Of a DNA stretch of 64,000 nt, positions 32,805 to 43,197 are shown one piece after another; the stretch's first letter is position 1; every line of letters begins with the position of its first letter. A model generated the notes under the pieces. That model was not told where the DNA came from, made no database searches, and saw nothing but the letters and a program-made list of their open reading frames with translations. A program made the translations under genes and the position numbers. The stretch is from an uncultured delta proteobacterium. GTDB lineage: Bacteria > Desulfobacterota > Binatia > UBA9968. The stretch is taken from NCBI GenBank assembly GCA_963727625.1, contig CAVSHR010000005.1, positions 448,001 through 512,000 of the forward strand, read 5' to 3'.

Positions 32805-33130
32805 AAAGGGACAGGCTACTTTTTCGATCCGCAACTCCTGAAACTTTGTCTCTCCGTACCCCACATTTAGTTTCTCAACGAATTAAATATAACCGAACCT
32901 CTTGCTAGCTGTCCAATAAGAAATTCCTACATCAGGGGGGTGAGAAAAGGGGACGCGAACCTTTTACGTTTGCGTATCTGTTAATCCCACGACCTTCCAG
33001 GACAATCGCGGGGTTGAAGTGTGTATCTCAGTCCGAGCGCAACCATGATCTGAGTCGTCCAATTTTCCGAACCGTATGGCGTATCGCGGTTTACGCAACT
33101 CCACAGCGCTTCGACCTCGGCGCCAGTTTG
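32805..33130 (-). mobile_element. Degenerate RAYT-like (Y1 HUH) transposase C-terminus plus two REP-like motifs
   Basis: 33130-32981 translates QTGAEVEALWSCVNRDTPYGSENWTTQIMVALGLRYTLQPRDCP; motifs aaaaggggacgcgaacctttt (32945) and aaagggacaggctactttt (32805). Confidence 0.6.
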
Positions 33131-33399
33131 TGAGAAGCAGTGGCGTCAGGCTTGCCTAAGTCTACTAACTCATATGTAGCGCGCGATAGACGGAAATCGA
33201 AGAAAATAATAACCACCTAAAAAATCAGACCGGAATTCCGGGAACACAATACTAATTTTTCTTGTCGGGACGAACTGACTGGGGTTGTGTCCGGATATCT
33301 AAACAATTGCCGATAACTAGCTTTTTTCTTTCGATTAGCTTCCGCGACGCCAGCGATAGAACTTCGATGACGACTCAAGTCGTGATACAAGGCGAAAAG

Positions 33400-33975
33400 A
33401 TGAAAGCTGTGATTCTCCGGCCGATTTATGCTTTCGTTCTTGCGGCGCAGTTGTTGTTTGTTGGTCCAAATGCAAGCATTGCGGCGGCGCCGCCCTGCCC
33501 GCTGCTGCTGAATCACAAGTTTTCCAACCTGATGGACGAGCCGGTTTCGCTCTGCCGGGTCGCTGGCAAAATCGTATTGATCATCAACACCGCGAGCGAG
33601 TGCGGCTATACGCCGCAGTACGACGGCCTGAAAAAACTCTATCGCCGCTACCGCGACAAAGGATTCGTCGTTCTAGGTTTTCCGGCCAACGATTTCGGCG
33701 GCCAGGAGCCGGGGACGAACAAAGAGATCAAGCAGTTCTGTGAGGTAAACTACGGCATCACCTTTCCAGTCTTCGCCAAGACCTCGGTGGCCGGCGCGAA
33801 GGCCAACCCGCTTTTTAAAGCGCTGTCGGCACAGACCGGCAAGCCGCCGCGCTAGAACTTTCACAAGTATCTACTCGACAAAAAGGGCCAGCCCGTCGCG
33901 GTTTTCGAAAGCGCCGTTGAGCCGGAGGATAAAAGAATCACGTCGCAGATCGAGAAGTTGATCGCGGCGCGGTAA
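33400..33975 (+). pseudogene. Glutathione peroxidase with in-frame TAG at the conserved Trp
   Basis: NTASECGYTPQY, GFPANDFGGQEPG, then PR-TAG(33853)-NFHKYLLD; frame stays open 39 codons to TAA 33975. Confidence 0.88.
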
Positions 33976-33984
33976 TTCTATCGA

Positions 33985-34053
33985 GGCGTTGGAATAGTTC
34001 GAACAGAACTGCGGTTCCAGTCCTTCCAGGGGTTCCAAGCGTTCCAAACGCCG
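33985..34053. repeat. Degenerate 9-mer tandem repeat (nnTTCCAnn) with inverted arm
   Basis: ggttccagt ccttccagg ggttccaag cgttccaaa; ggcgttggaa pairs imperfectly with ttccaaacgcc. Confidence 0.55.
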
Positions 34054-34124
34054 GAGTGCGGATAGCAGAACATGCCGTGTTTGCGGAACGTGCTCGTGCA
34101 CGTCGGTTATCCGATCACGATCTA

Positions 34125-34652
34125 TTACACGAGACCCGATATCCCCGCCAGCGCGCCGGCGGCGAGCAGCCATAGCGGGTTCAAGGACTTGCGCAGGACC
34201 ACGGCGGCGGTGAGCAGCGTGATCGCGTAGCCGCGCCAGTCGTGGTTCACCGCGCGCATCAAAATCGTTGCGCTCGCAAACATTAGCCCGATCGTAATCG
34301 GCGTCATACCGCGGCGGACGGCGCGGAAGATGCGAGCGTCGGGATAGCGCTCGTTCATGTGTCCGACGAACAGCGTGAGCGTGGTCGCCGGAATGAGCAG
34401 CGGGATCGTGGTCGCAGCCGCGCCTTTCCACCCAGCCAGGTGCCAGCCAATCAGCGTGACGTACATGACGTTGGGGCCGGGCGCCACCTGCGCCAAGCTG
34501 TAGAGTTCGGCAAACTGCGCGCTGGTCAACAAGTGGTGCACGTTTACCAAATAGCGGTGAATGCCCGGCAAGATCGTCGAGGGACCGCCAACAGCCACAA
34601 ACCAAAGGGCTAAAAAATGCAGAAACATGCCGCTCAGATCGACGCGTTCCAT
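34125..34652 (-). CDS. Short-chain chromate transporter (CHR family), second subunit
   Basis: AVGG, LAQVAPGPN; starts MERVDLS overlapping the upstream stop. Confidence 0.85.
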   Translation of the reverse strand: MERVDLSGMFLHFLALWFVAVGGPSTILPGIHRYLVNVHHLLTSAQFAELYSLAQVAPGPNVMYVTLIGWHLAGWKGAAATTIPLLIPATTLTLFVGHMNERYPDARIFRAVRRGMTPITIGLMFASATILMRAVNHDWRGYAITLLTAAVVLRKSLNPLWLLAAGALAGISGLV

Positions 34653-35230
34653 CACTCGTTGTCTCTCCATGCCGCGAAGACAGCCAAGGGAGCGAGGGCC
34701 CCGAAGACCCACAAGAGCGGCCAACGCATGACGCCGACGCCGGCGAAAGCGAGAATGCCGAACAGCCACGGCCGCCAATATCGCGGCAGCACCATGGCTA
34801 ACTTGATCACCGTGGCGAGCAGCAGGCCCGCCGCAACGCTCGACATGCTCGCGAGCGCCTGCTGCACCTGCGGCAGCGCGCCGAAGTGCTGGTACAGCAC
34901 GCCCATGCCGATGACTACCAGGCATGGCCAGCCCAAATAGCCGGCGACCGACGCCGCGGCGCCCGTCCAACCGGAAAAACGATAGCCGACCATCACCGTA
35001 AGATTGAGCACGTTCGGGCCGGGCAGGAGCTGTCCGAGCGTCAACAAGTCGACAAACTCCCGGTCTGTGAGCCAGCGCTGTCGTTCCACCAGTCCACGCC
35101 GCGCCCAAAACAGCGCGCCTCCGAAGCTCGACAGGCTAATCCGGGAAAAGGTGAGAAACAGCGCGAACCGGGTGACATTTGGCTTGAGCGATTCGGTTTG
35201 TTCCATGGTTTCCAGCGAACTGTTACTCAT
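34652..35230 (-). CDS. Short-chain chromate transporter (CHR family), first subunit
   Basis: SFGG, VERQRWL, GQLLPGPN. Confidence 0.87.
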   Translation of the reverse strand: MSNSSLETMEQTESLKPNVTRFALFLTFSRISLSSFGGALFWARRGLVERQRWLTDREFVDLLTLGQLLPGPNVLNLTVMVGYRFSGWTGAAASVAGYLGWPCLVVIGMGVLYQHFGALPQVQQALASMSSVAAGLLLATVIKLAMVLPRYWRPWLFGILAFAGVGVMRWPLLWVFGALAPLAVFAAWRDNE

Positions 35231-35621
35231 AAAAGTAGTTTACCGTTCACGGTACCGTCCGCCGGTTTTTATCCTGGGCATCGTCGACGGACCTTGGGGC
35301 AGGATGCCCATCTCAAAGGGTTTTCTCTTAAACTTTTCGCTCCTAACGCGTCGAAGGGTCTCAAATAGACCGACGCGAATCAAGCGCTGCAGCGCTCCAG
35401 CCCAAATGTTTTCAATACATTGAACTCAATCGGCGGCTTGAACCGAAGGGTTCTCATGGCGCGACTGGAGACCCCGAGAAGTTACGGTGGGGATAATTCA
35501 AGATCCGGTGGCAAACTACAGGAATGGAACAGCGGAATCGAAACCTTGGCCGTTTGGAGTCCGAGATCGATGATTTGCCCGGTGCTAAAAGTGACAAAGG
35601 CTATCGCTCGAATGCTATCCT

Positions 35622-36212
35622 CTAACTGGCCCGGTCTTTCATAATTTTCAGGAGTTCTTCGAATGACGATTTTGCAATCACGCGATTGAACTGCGAGCGG
35701 TAGTTGTTAACCAAACTGACATTCTCCGCCACGACGTCGTAGATTCTCCACCTCCCATCGACTTTATGGACCCTGTAAGCAACGGAGTAGGTCTGACCAT
35801 TCTGATCGATGATGCGGGAATCAACCTGCGCGTAATCGCCATCGACGCTTTCCTTGCCATAAACCACCTGTTGCCCATCGTAGAGATCAATCTGATCCGC
35901 ATACGTCTTTTCGAGCAAAGCGGTAAAGGTGGAAACGAATTCCTTCCGCTGCTGCGAATTCAGGCGGCGCCAATTTGCCCCCAGCGAGCGCATGGCCATC
36001 GCCTGGAAATCGAATAACGGATATACGATCTGCCGCAATCGGTCGATGACTTGATCGCGTTGCTTCTGATCGTCGAGCTTGGCATTCTTCAAAATCTCCA
36101 TGCCTTGATTAACCGCTCCACGAATTGCCTCAGTCGGCTCGCCGGCGTTGGCAAATTTGCAACTGCAAACGACCATTAAAACCGCGACGATTAGTTTAGC
36201 CTTCAAATTCAT
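35622..36212 (-). CDS. MlaC/Ttg2D family phospholipid-binding protein
   Basis: FDFQAMAMRSLGANW, WRIYDVVAENVSLVNNYRSQF; signal peptide. Confidence 0.88.
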   Translation of the reverse strand: MNLKAKLIVAVLMVVCSCKFANAGEPTEAIRGAVNQGMEILKNAKLDDQKQRDQVIDRLRQIVYPLFDFQAMAMRSLGANWRRLNSQQRKEFVSTFTALLEKTYADQIDLYDGQQVVYGKESVDGDYAQVDSRIIDQNGQTYSVAYRVHKVDGRWRIYDVVAENVSLVNNYRSQFNRVIAKSSFEELLKIMKDRAS

Positions 36213-36814
36213 GTGAGTACGATCCACTCCTCTAGTCATTTTTTCAGCCTAACGTAAACCTCACCGGAGTCAATAAAGCGTATGGGGCCAGTATTCCACG
36301 ACTTGCCTCCGGAACCCCGGCGCGGTCCGCCTTCGATAACTCGAAGATCTTTGTTAACCGACCACAGTTTGATCAATTTTACCGTTCTGGCGAGCGTCGC
36401 CGATGGTCATTCAGCAGGATGGTACATTGTCGGCGCTTCCCATGCCAGCCGGCAAGCCAATATTTTACCGGAGCCAATTCGGTGACACACCCGGACAACG
36501 CTTGGAAATCGGATGACTTACGATCCAGGCCGACACGAAATCCGCCGTTGGTAGAAGAGTGTATTTCTCCGCGCTCGGCGTGATTCGCGTCTTTGCGCGA
36601 GTCATCGCTCTCCGATTCCGAAAGCCACATTTCAACCGACAATTCTGGAAAGATTAGGCTGGTTTTCCGCAGCGAGCTGCGAGAAATTTGACCTATAAAG
36701 ATTCAACGAACCCAACGATCGATCGTCAAAAGCGCAAGCACTGATTGCCCCGGGCGCCAGGTCGGTGTAAAGAAACTTCGGGCGAAAAACGCAAAACTCA
36801 GGGAGGATTGAACG

Positions 36815-38002
36815 ATGAGCGGAGTTCGAGTGCTGGTTGGCACCCGCAAGGGTGCGTTCGTCCTTACGTCGGACGGGAAGCGCGAACGGTGGGACATCAG
36901 CGGCCCTCACTTTTCCGGCTGGGAGATCTATCATTTGAAAGGTTCGCCCGTTGATCCAAACCGGATCTATGCCTCGCAGTCGAGCGGCTGGTTTGGGCAA
37001 ATCATTCAACGCTCGGATGACGGCGGCAAAACGTGGCACCAACCCGGAACGCCAACGGGCGAACCGGCCAGCTCCGCGGAAGGCATGCGCAAGGGCGAGA
37101 GCAACAAGTTCGTTTACGACACCTCTCCTGAAACCGGCAAACCTCTCACTGCACACCAATGGTATGACGGCACACAGCACCCGTGGGAGTTCAAGCGCGT
37201 CTGGCATCTCGAACCATCCCTGACCGACCCGGACACAGTCTATGCCGGGGTCGAAGACGCAGCTTTGTTTTGCTCGAGGGACGGCGGGCAGACGTGGCAG
37301 GAACTCGCCGGGTTGCGCGGCCACGGCTCCGGCTCTTCGTGGGCGCCTGGCGCCGGGGGAATGTGCCTGCACACGATTATTCTCGATCAAAATAATCCAA
37401 ACCGAATTTTCATCGCGATCTCCTCCGCAGGCGCGTTTCGCACCGATGACGGCGGCAAAACTTGGCAGCCGATCAACCGCGGCCTGCATTCGCTTTATAT
37501 CCCGAATCCGACGGCCGAGGTCGGCCACTGCGTTCACCGCATCGCCATGCACCCGTCGCGTCCCGGCGTGCTGTTCATGCAGAAGCACTGGGACGTCATG
37601 CGCAGCGACGACGCCGGCGACTCGTGGCACGAGATCAGCGGCAACCTGCCGACCGACTTCGGCTTTTCGATCGAGGTTCACGCGCACGAGCCGGAAACGA
37701 TTTACGTCGTGCCGATCAAGAGCGACTCGGAGCACTTTCCGCCCGACGGCAAACTGCGCGTGTACCGCAGCCGCACAGGGGGCAACGACTGGGAGGCGCT
37801 CACCAAGGGCCTGCCGCAAAGCGACTGTTACGTCAACGTGTTGCGCGATGCCATGGCCGTCGACTCGCTCGATACGTGCGGCGTATACTTCGGTACCACG
37901 GGCGGCCAAGTGTACGCGTCCGCCGACGCCGGCGATAGCTGGAAGCCTATCGTCCGCGATCTTCCGGCCGTGGTGTCCGTCGAGGTCCAGACGTTGGTAT
38001 GA
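36815..38002 (+). CDS. BNR/Asp-box beta-propeller (sialidase/Ycf48-like fold)
   Basis: Repeated SxDxGxTW boxes; [25 protein letters not shown]. Confidence 0.88.
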   Translation: MSGVRVLVGTRKGAFVLTSDGKRERWDISGPHFSGWEIYHLKGSPVDPNRIYASQSSGWFGQIIQRSDDGGKTWHQPGTPTGEPASSAEGMRKGESNKFVYDTSPETGKPLTAHQWYDGTQHPWEFKRVWHLEPSLTDPDTVYAGVEDAALFCSRDGGQTWQELAGLRGHGSGSSWAPGAGGMCLHTIILDQNNPNRIFIAISSAGAFRTDDGGKTWQPINRGLHSLYIPNPTAEVGHCVHRIAMHPSRPGVLFMQKHWDVMRSDDAGDSWHEISGNLPTDFGFSIEVHAHEPETIYVVPIKSDSEHFPPDGKLRVYRSRTGGNDWEALTKGLPQSDCYVNVLRDAMAVDSLDTCGVYFGTTGGQVYASADAGDSWKPIVRDLPAVVSVEVQTLV

Positions 38003-38295
38003 TCCGCGTGACGCTCCCGCCCCATCTGCGCAAGCTCGCGCAAGTCGACGGCGACGTAGCGCTCGAAATCGAGGGCGAAGTCACGCAACGCTCGGTTCTC
38101 GACGCCCTCGAATTTCGCTATCCGATGTTACAAGGAACGATCCGCGACCACGTCACGCAAAGACGCCGCGCATTCGTGCGTTTCTTCGCGTGCGGGGAAG
38201 ATCTATCCCACCAACCGCCCGACGCGCCGCTGCCCGATTCCGTCGCGACTGGAGCACAGCCGTTTATGATTGTCGGCGCCATCGCCGGGGGCTAG
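37999..38295 (+). CDS. MoaD/ThiS family ubiquitin-like protein
   Basis: 98 aa ending AIAGG; ATGA-coupled to the propeller gene. Confidence 0.88.
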   Translation: MIRVTLPPHLRKLAQVDGDVALEIEGEVTQRSVLDALEFRYPMLQGTIRDHVTQRRRAFVRFFACGEDLSHQPPDAPLPDSVATGAQPFMIVGAIAGG

Positions 38296-38349
38296 GAATG
38301 GGAGCTCCGGTTAGGACCGAATGGAAATTGAATCGTGACATGGACAGCC

Positions 38350-38496
38350 ATGATCCCAACCAAGACCACGACAAAGAGCCGTCCGAGCGAGCTGATCCGA
38401 ATCAAGCTGGAATTTTTCAAGCTCTTGGCAGCCGCCAACACCGCGCAGTTCAGCTTCGAGCTAAAGGGAATCAAACCTGCTCTGATTGAAACTTAG
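38350..38496 (+). pseudogene. SRPBCC-family gene remnant
   Basis: Translates SRPSELIRIKLEFFKLLAAANTAQFSF, resembling an internal SRPBCC segment. Confidence 0.5.
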
Positions 38497-38590
38497 CAGG
38501 AGAAACCCGGCAGGGGAAAATCCAAATGACAGGGAGTATCCGGCGTTGTCGAGTGGAAACGGCGACGAGACGCCTTAAAGGGGGCCGCTC

Positions 38591-38986
38591 ATGAACATTG
38601 CGCTGTGGATCATTCAGGTACTGCTCGCGCTCCTCTTTCTGTTCACCGGTGGCACAAAGCTGGTTTTGCCGATCGAAGAAATGACCAAACAGATGCCGAT
38701 GATGCCGGGCTGGTTCCTGCGGTTCATCGCCATAGCCGAGGTGCTGGGCGCGCTCGGTTTGATCTTTCCGTGGCTTCTGCACATTCGCCCGGGGTTGACG
38801 CCGCTTGCCGCCGCCGGCCTGGTGATCATCATGATCGGTGCAACCCTGGTCACGTTGATCACCGGAGATATCGCAACGGCGCTGATGCCGTTTGCAGTGG
38901 GGATCCTTTGCGTGTTCGTCGCCTACGGCCGCCGGCGGCTGACGCGGCGGCGAGGGGAGATCAGTCCGAAGCACCCATCACTATGA
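38591..38986 (+). CDS. DoxX family membrane protein
   Basis: LWIIQVLLALLFLFTGGTKL, AEVLGALGLIFP, LTPLAAAGL. Confidence 0.88.
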   Translation: MNIALWIIQVLLALLFLFTGGTKLVLPIEEMTKQMPMMPGWFLRFIAIAEVLGALGLIFPWLLHIRPGLTPLAAAGLVIIMIGATLVTLITGDIATALMPFAVGILCVFVAYGRRRLTRRRGEISPKHPSL

Positions 38987-39180
38987 AGAACGTGAACAAG
39001 ATAGTTCTTGTCAGATGAAATCAGGTCGATTTTGCGGTTTTCCGTTGCCTGGCGAGATTTGCTTGAACTGCGATTTAAATCGCCCGCTGCCGATTCTCCG
39101 GACGAGTCGCCGTCAAGACTGGCCTGAGGTCGCTGCAAGGATCGCGCAAAATCGTTGCGCCGCTTGCTTGGAAGGTCTCT

Positions 39181-39891
39181 ATGTCTAAACGCGCCGGTTC
39201 GAATCGCAGATTTTTGCCGCACGGACTCGTGATTCTTTACGAGGACCGGGACATTCTCGTGGTGGATAAACCCGCGGGGCTGTTGACGATGGGAACCGAC
39301 TCCGAGAAAACCCGAACGGCTTATTTCTTTTTAACGGACTATGTTCGCAAGGGTTACAGTAAGTCGCGCGAGCGGATTTTCATCGTGCACCGCTTGGATA
39401 GAGAAACCTCGGGAATAGTCATCTTCGCCAAGAACATCGAGTCAAAGGTTCGGTTGCAGGAGCACTGGCAAGACACCGCGAAAAAATATTTCGCGGTCGT
39501 GCATGGTCAATGCGCAAAGACATCGGGGACAATCACGACTTACCTGGCGGAGAACAGAGCGCACAGGGTCTATTCGACCTCGGATAAGAAGCAAGGAAAA
39601 CTTTCGACCACGGGGTATCGGGTCCGCCGGCAAACTAAAGATTTCGCTTTGCTGGAACTCGATCTGGTGACCGGCCGCAAACACCAGATTCGCGTCCATC
39701 TGGCAGGGCTCGACCATCCGGTCGTCGGCGATCAGAAATACGGCAAAAAGGATCGCGGCCACATGCGCTTAGCGCTGCATGCGAGCTCGATTTCGTTCAA
39801 ACATCCCTTCCTCGGACGGCAGCTCACGTTCGAATCCCAAGTACCGGCCTATTTCAACCAGTTGGTCGGCAAGATTGAGCTCACGCGCTGA
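39181..39891 (+). CDS. RluA family pseudouridine synthase
   Basis: VDKPAGL, VHRLDRETSG, TGRKHQIRVHL, GDQKYG. Confidence 0.92.
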   Translation: MSKRAGSNRRFLPHGLVILYEDRDILVVDKPAGLLTMGTDSEKTRTAYFFLTDYVRKGYSKSRERIFIVHRLDRETSGIVIFAKNIESKVRLQEHWQDTAKKYFAVVHGQCAKTSGTITTYLAENRAHRVYSTSDKKQGKLSTTGYRVRRQTKDFALLELDLVTGRKHQIRVHLAGLDHPVVGDQKYGKKDRGHMRLALHASSISFKHPFLGRQLTFESQVPAYFNQLVGKIELTR

Positions 39892-39997
39892 GCCGATTGG
39901 ATCGGCGACATCGGCACTTCAAGCGAGAGTTTGCCAATCGAGATCGGCTTGCAAATCTCGTGCTCGAACAAGAGATGCGGCGAAAAGTTGCGAGCGG

Positions 39998-40080
39998 ACC
40001 GGAGGAGGCCAGAAGGACAGCGAGAAAATCCTACCAACGCTGGCGCGACTCGCCGTTCCGCCCATCGTTACATTTCAATG
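39998..40080 (+). pseudogene. Possible RelE/ParE-like toxin remnant
   Basis: PEEARRTARKSYQRWRDSPFRPSLHF resembles the N-terminal half of such toxins; no antitoxin seen. Confidence 0.35.
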
Positions 40081-40647
40081 GATTGAACCGGAAGAACGTG
40101 GCTGAGCCATTTGTCTTACGCCAAACGACCGGGGGTTTGGCAGTCTACAAGGCCGGCCTCAGTGACTCATCCCTTGAGTAAAGGGTAATTCCGGAACATG
40201 GCGCTTAATTGTATATATTAAGGATGGAGGGAGAACCGATCCGGTGATACTTGCGCAGATCGAATAGCACTTGTTGCCGTCCAACGAGATGACCGCATCA
40301 TTTACCGCGCTACTTGACATTGTTAGAACGCATGCTCGACCCTGCCTTTCTTTTACACAACACGAGTGCACCGTTCTTGCTTTGATTCCACTTGAGTCAA
40401 GTTCGCGCCAGGACTGAGCCGCCCACCCATCACGCGCAGTCCACATCCTTGTTCAGCATCTCACCAAAGCTTACGAACGGCTTACGCCGGTGGGATCTGC
40501 GAGCCGGGGGCTGGTTCTGTTTACGTACGGAAATGACCGGCGTGGGATTGCCGATGATTCAAGTTAAAATAGCAAACGTTAACAATGCGCCCAGAAGTAT
40601 AGCCGTCATATTCTAAATTGCCGGTACACAGTGCTCGTTTGTCCACC

Positions 40648-42282
40648 CTATGGCCTAAATCCCACGACGAGATGCGCTCGATGGGACTCGGGAAAAGCTT
40701 CTCCTTCGCACTTGAGCGTAACGATATACGTGCCCGCCGTTGGAATCGCTTCGGGCGGAATGGTCGCCTTGAGCTCATCCTTCGAGACGAAGCTCGTCGG
40801 CAGCGGCTCGCCGTTCAGCATCACGCGGTGGAATGGCCACATGCCCCCCGCCCCGCGTATTTTCAATACCGTGGGACCGGATCCCTCGATAAGAAAGAGC
40901 GGAGATATTTCCAAGTCCAGCGGCAAGCTCTGATAGGAATAGAATGACGGAATCGGATTCTTGTATTTTTTAAATCCGCTATCGATGACCTTGCCGTCCA
41001 TGACGACCATTTTGACGTTTTGCGTCATCCAGATGTCTTGCAGCGGGTCGCCCTCGACGATGGAGAGGTCCGCGACCTTACAGGCCTCTACACTGCCGTA
41101 CTCTTTGTCTTTGTTGAAAGTCTTAGCGACATTGAGCGTGGCGGCTTGGATCGCCTTCATCGGCGACACACCCGCCTCCACGTCCATCGCCAGCGCCTGA
41201 TGCATCAACAACGCCGCCATGCCGCGCGGCGGATCCGATCCTTCCTTGAGAATTCCGCCGGCCTGAACGAAACGCCGAATGAACTCTTGCGCTTTTTCAT
41301 AGCCGACTTTGGCTTGATCGAGCTGGGCGGGCGTGTAGCGCGTAAGCAGCTTGTCATAGGAGTTGTCGGTCACCGCGCGCACCGCAGGCGGTAGATCGGC
41401 ATTGGGATTGTTCAAAATTTGGTTTTCTCGTTCCCGAAAACGCGGAGCGTATGACGAAAGCGGCCGCAGCCATTTGGCAATCGTCGGAGTCCAAGAAATC
41501 TGATGATCCACCATCGCGCCAATGACCGCGTCGAAATTTTCGGTTTGATAATAGGCGCCGGCTAGCTCCTGATCGATCACGCCGCCGAGTCGATCAGCCG
41601 CGAGTTTACGCCTTGCCGGAGCATACGGAATAGAGCTGTAACCCACGGACCAGATATGCTCGACGGCGTCGACGCCGGCTTTGGCCGAGCCAACGACGTC
41701 CCAACTATGGGCGGCCATCGGCATGCCCAGCCGGTGCGCTTCATCGCACGCAACTTTCACGAGATCCATGGAAAGAAACTCGTTGACCTTGACAATGTCG
41801 CAGCCCAGGTCCCTTTTTCGCTGCACCGCTCTGCGTACTTCATCCGGCGTTGTGACGATGATATTGTCGCGCGCGGTGCGCGAGCCGAAGGCGTCGTGCC
41901 CGGTGCTGACGCCGCCGATCGCCCGGCCAGTCATCCAAATTCGCGGGCCGCGAATTTTTCCCAGCGCGGTGCCCTGCTTTTGCGCCAGAGTCCACGGCCC
42001 GTCCTGATACAGCTCAATATTGGCGCAGGTGGTGATTCCCAGATGGAGATAAAGCTCCCCGTGAAAATCCTCCAGGTGCCCATGACCGTCGATGAAGCCC
42101 GGCAGAACGGTCTTGCCCGTGACATCCAGCACCTCGGCGCCGGCGGGAATAGCGACTTCGCCGATCCTGCCGACCGCCTGAAATCTGCCTGTGTGGATCA
42201 CGATGACCGAATTTTCGATAGGCGGCCGGCCTGTGCCGTCGATCAGCTTGCCACCCTGCACAACGAGCGTTTGCTCCGCCAT
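40648..42282 (-). CDS. Amidohydrolase family protein with C-terminal Ig-like extension
   Basis: GGKLIDGTG, PGFIDGHGH, AIQAATLN, ADLSIVEGDPL. Confidence 0.85.
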   Translation of the reverse strand: MAEQTLVVQGGKLIDGTGRPPIENSVIVIHTGRFQAVGRIGEVAIPAGAEVLDVTGKTVLPGFIDGHGHLEDFHGELYLHLGITTCANIELYQDGPWTLAQKQGTALGKIRGPRIWMTGRAIGGVSTGHDAFGSRTARDNIIVTTPDEVRRAVQRKRDLGCDIVKVNEFLSMDLVKVACDEAHRLGMPMAAHSWDVVGSAKAGVDAVEHIWSVGYSSIPYAPARRKLAADRLGGVIDQELAGAYYQTENFDAVIGAMVDHQISWTPTIAKWLRPLSSYAPRFRERENQILNNPNADLPPAVRAVTDNSYDKLLTRYTPAQLDQAKVGYEKAQEFIRRFVQAGGILKEGSDPPRGMAALLMHQALAMDVEAGVSPMKAIQAATLNVAKTFNKDKEYGSVEACKVADLSIVEGDPLQDIWMTQNVKMVVMDGKVIDSGFKKYKNPIPSFYSYQSLPLDLEISPLFLIEGSGPTVLKIRGAGGMWPFHRVMLNGEPLPTSFVSKDELKATIPPEAIPTAGTYIVTLKCEGEAFPESHRAHLVVGFRP

Positions 42283-42515
42283 GGTTTGTTTTCTCCTCTC
42301 ACGCCGGTCTGAAAACAACCACAAGACCGCCTATCCCCCCCCCCCGCACCATGGGCAGATGGTTTTCTCCACGTTGGCGGCATTGATTGCTCAACGCAAA
42401 CTATTTGAGGAACGGCTGCGATGTCAATCTAGGTCTCGCGCGTATGCCGGCAAGGTCGAATTGAGCGACGGATTCAACGTTGAAACGTCGACTCTGCCGA
42501 TCGCGAGTCGAACCG

Positions 42516-42968
42516 TTATTTTTCCGCGAGCAATTCGAAAACCGGATAGTGCGATGCGATGGCCGCGAAGGAGTCCAATCCCGCCTCGGCAGGCACAGGG
42601 AAAAAGCACGCCACCATCCATTTGAATCGGGTCAAATAGGCTTTCAAGATTTCCGGTTTCTCGTTGTCGGTGACAATCCGTAAGCGAAAGCCGATGCGAA
42701 TCCGGCCTCTTTTGACCGTCACCGCTCCAGCCGCAGCGGCATTGCGCGACCATTGGGTGTGACCGCGGGTTCCAACCAAATAGAGTTTGCCGTTGTGACG
42801 CAGGACGTTAACCGGCGTGGCGCGGGTCAATCCGGATTTTCGCCCCTTCGCGAGCAATAGGAAGCTATAGGACGGACCGACCCCCACCGACGCTAGCCGG
42901 CCAAAAAGGCGGTTTACGGCGCGCGCAATCAAACCCGGCGGATCAAAATGGCGCTTCGATTGGTTCAT
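42516..42968 (-). CDS. Deazaflavin-dependent nitroreductase family (DUF385-like)
   Basis: GRKSGLTRATPV, WSRN, YPVFEL. Confidence 0.8.
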   Translation of the reverse strand: MNQSKRHFDPPGLIARAVNRLFGRLASVGVGPSYSFLLLAKGRKSGLTRATPVNVLRHNGKLYLVGTRGHTQWSRNAAAAGAVTVKRGRIRIGFRLRIVTDNEKPEILKAYLTRFKWMVACFFPVPAEAGLDSFAAIASHYPVFELLAEK

Positions 42969-43197
42969 GATAAGTTACTAACTAACATCCATTCGAAGTG
43001 TTGCGAAACCACGAACCGAGCTTTGCGAATGCTGCCTCGCCCTGGTGAACGCTCATCCGGATATTCTTGCCGCACAACCGTGGAGAGCACGGCGTGGAGC
43101 CCAAGGCAATGTTGAAAATAAAACTATGGCGCCTCGCTTTACTCTCTGCCCGCTACGAGCGAAACTAAATCGCGACCAGGCTTGGAGGGAAGAGCTT

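Noticed and set aside
32801-32813. aaataaagggaca shared with the IS630 TIR, suggesting a second IS end
   Set aside because: Only 13 AT-rich bases match and the TIR outer end is missing; it fits the REP-like motif better
26000-33300. Prophage or integrative element
   Set aside because: No integrase, phage structural genes or att direct repeats seen
33853-33855. Selenocysteine GPx
   Set aside because: The stop is TAG at the Trp position, not TGA at the peroxidatic Cys
36434-36450. Sigma-54 promoter for the mlaC-like gene
   Set aside because: GG-N10-GC spacing is present but the TTGC -12 element is missing
40200-40610. Minus-strand frame with several in-frame TGA codons
   Set aside because: No recognisable protein, RBS or SECIS-like hairpin; likely non-coding or decayed
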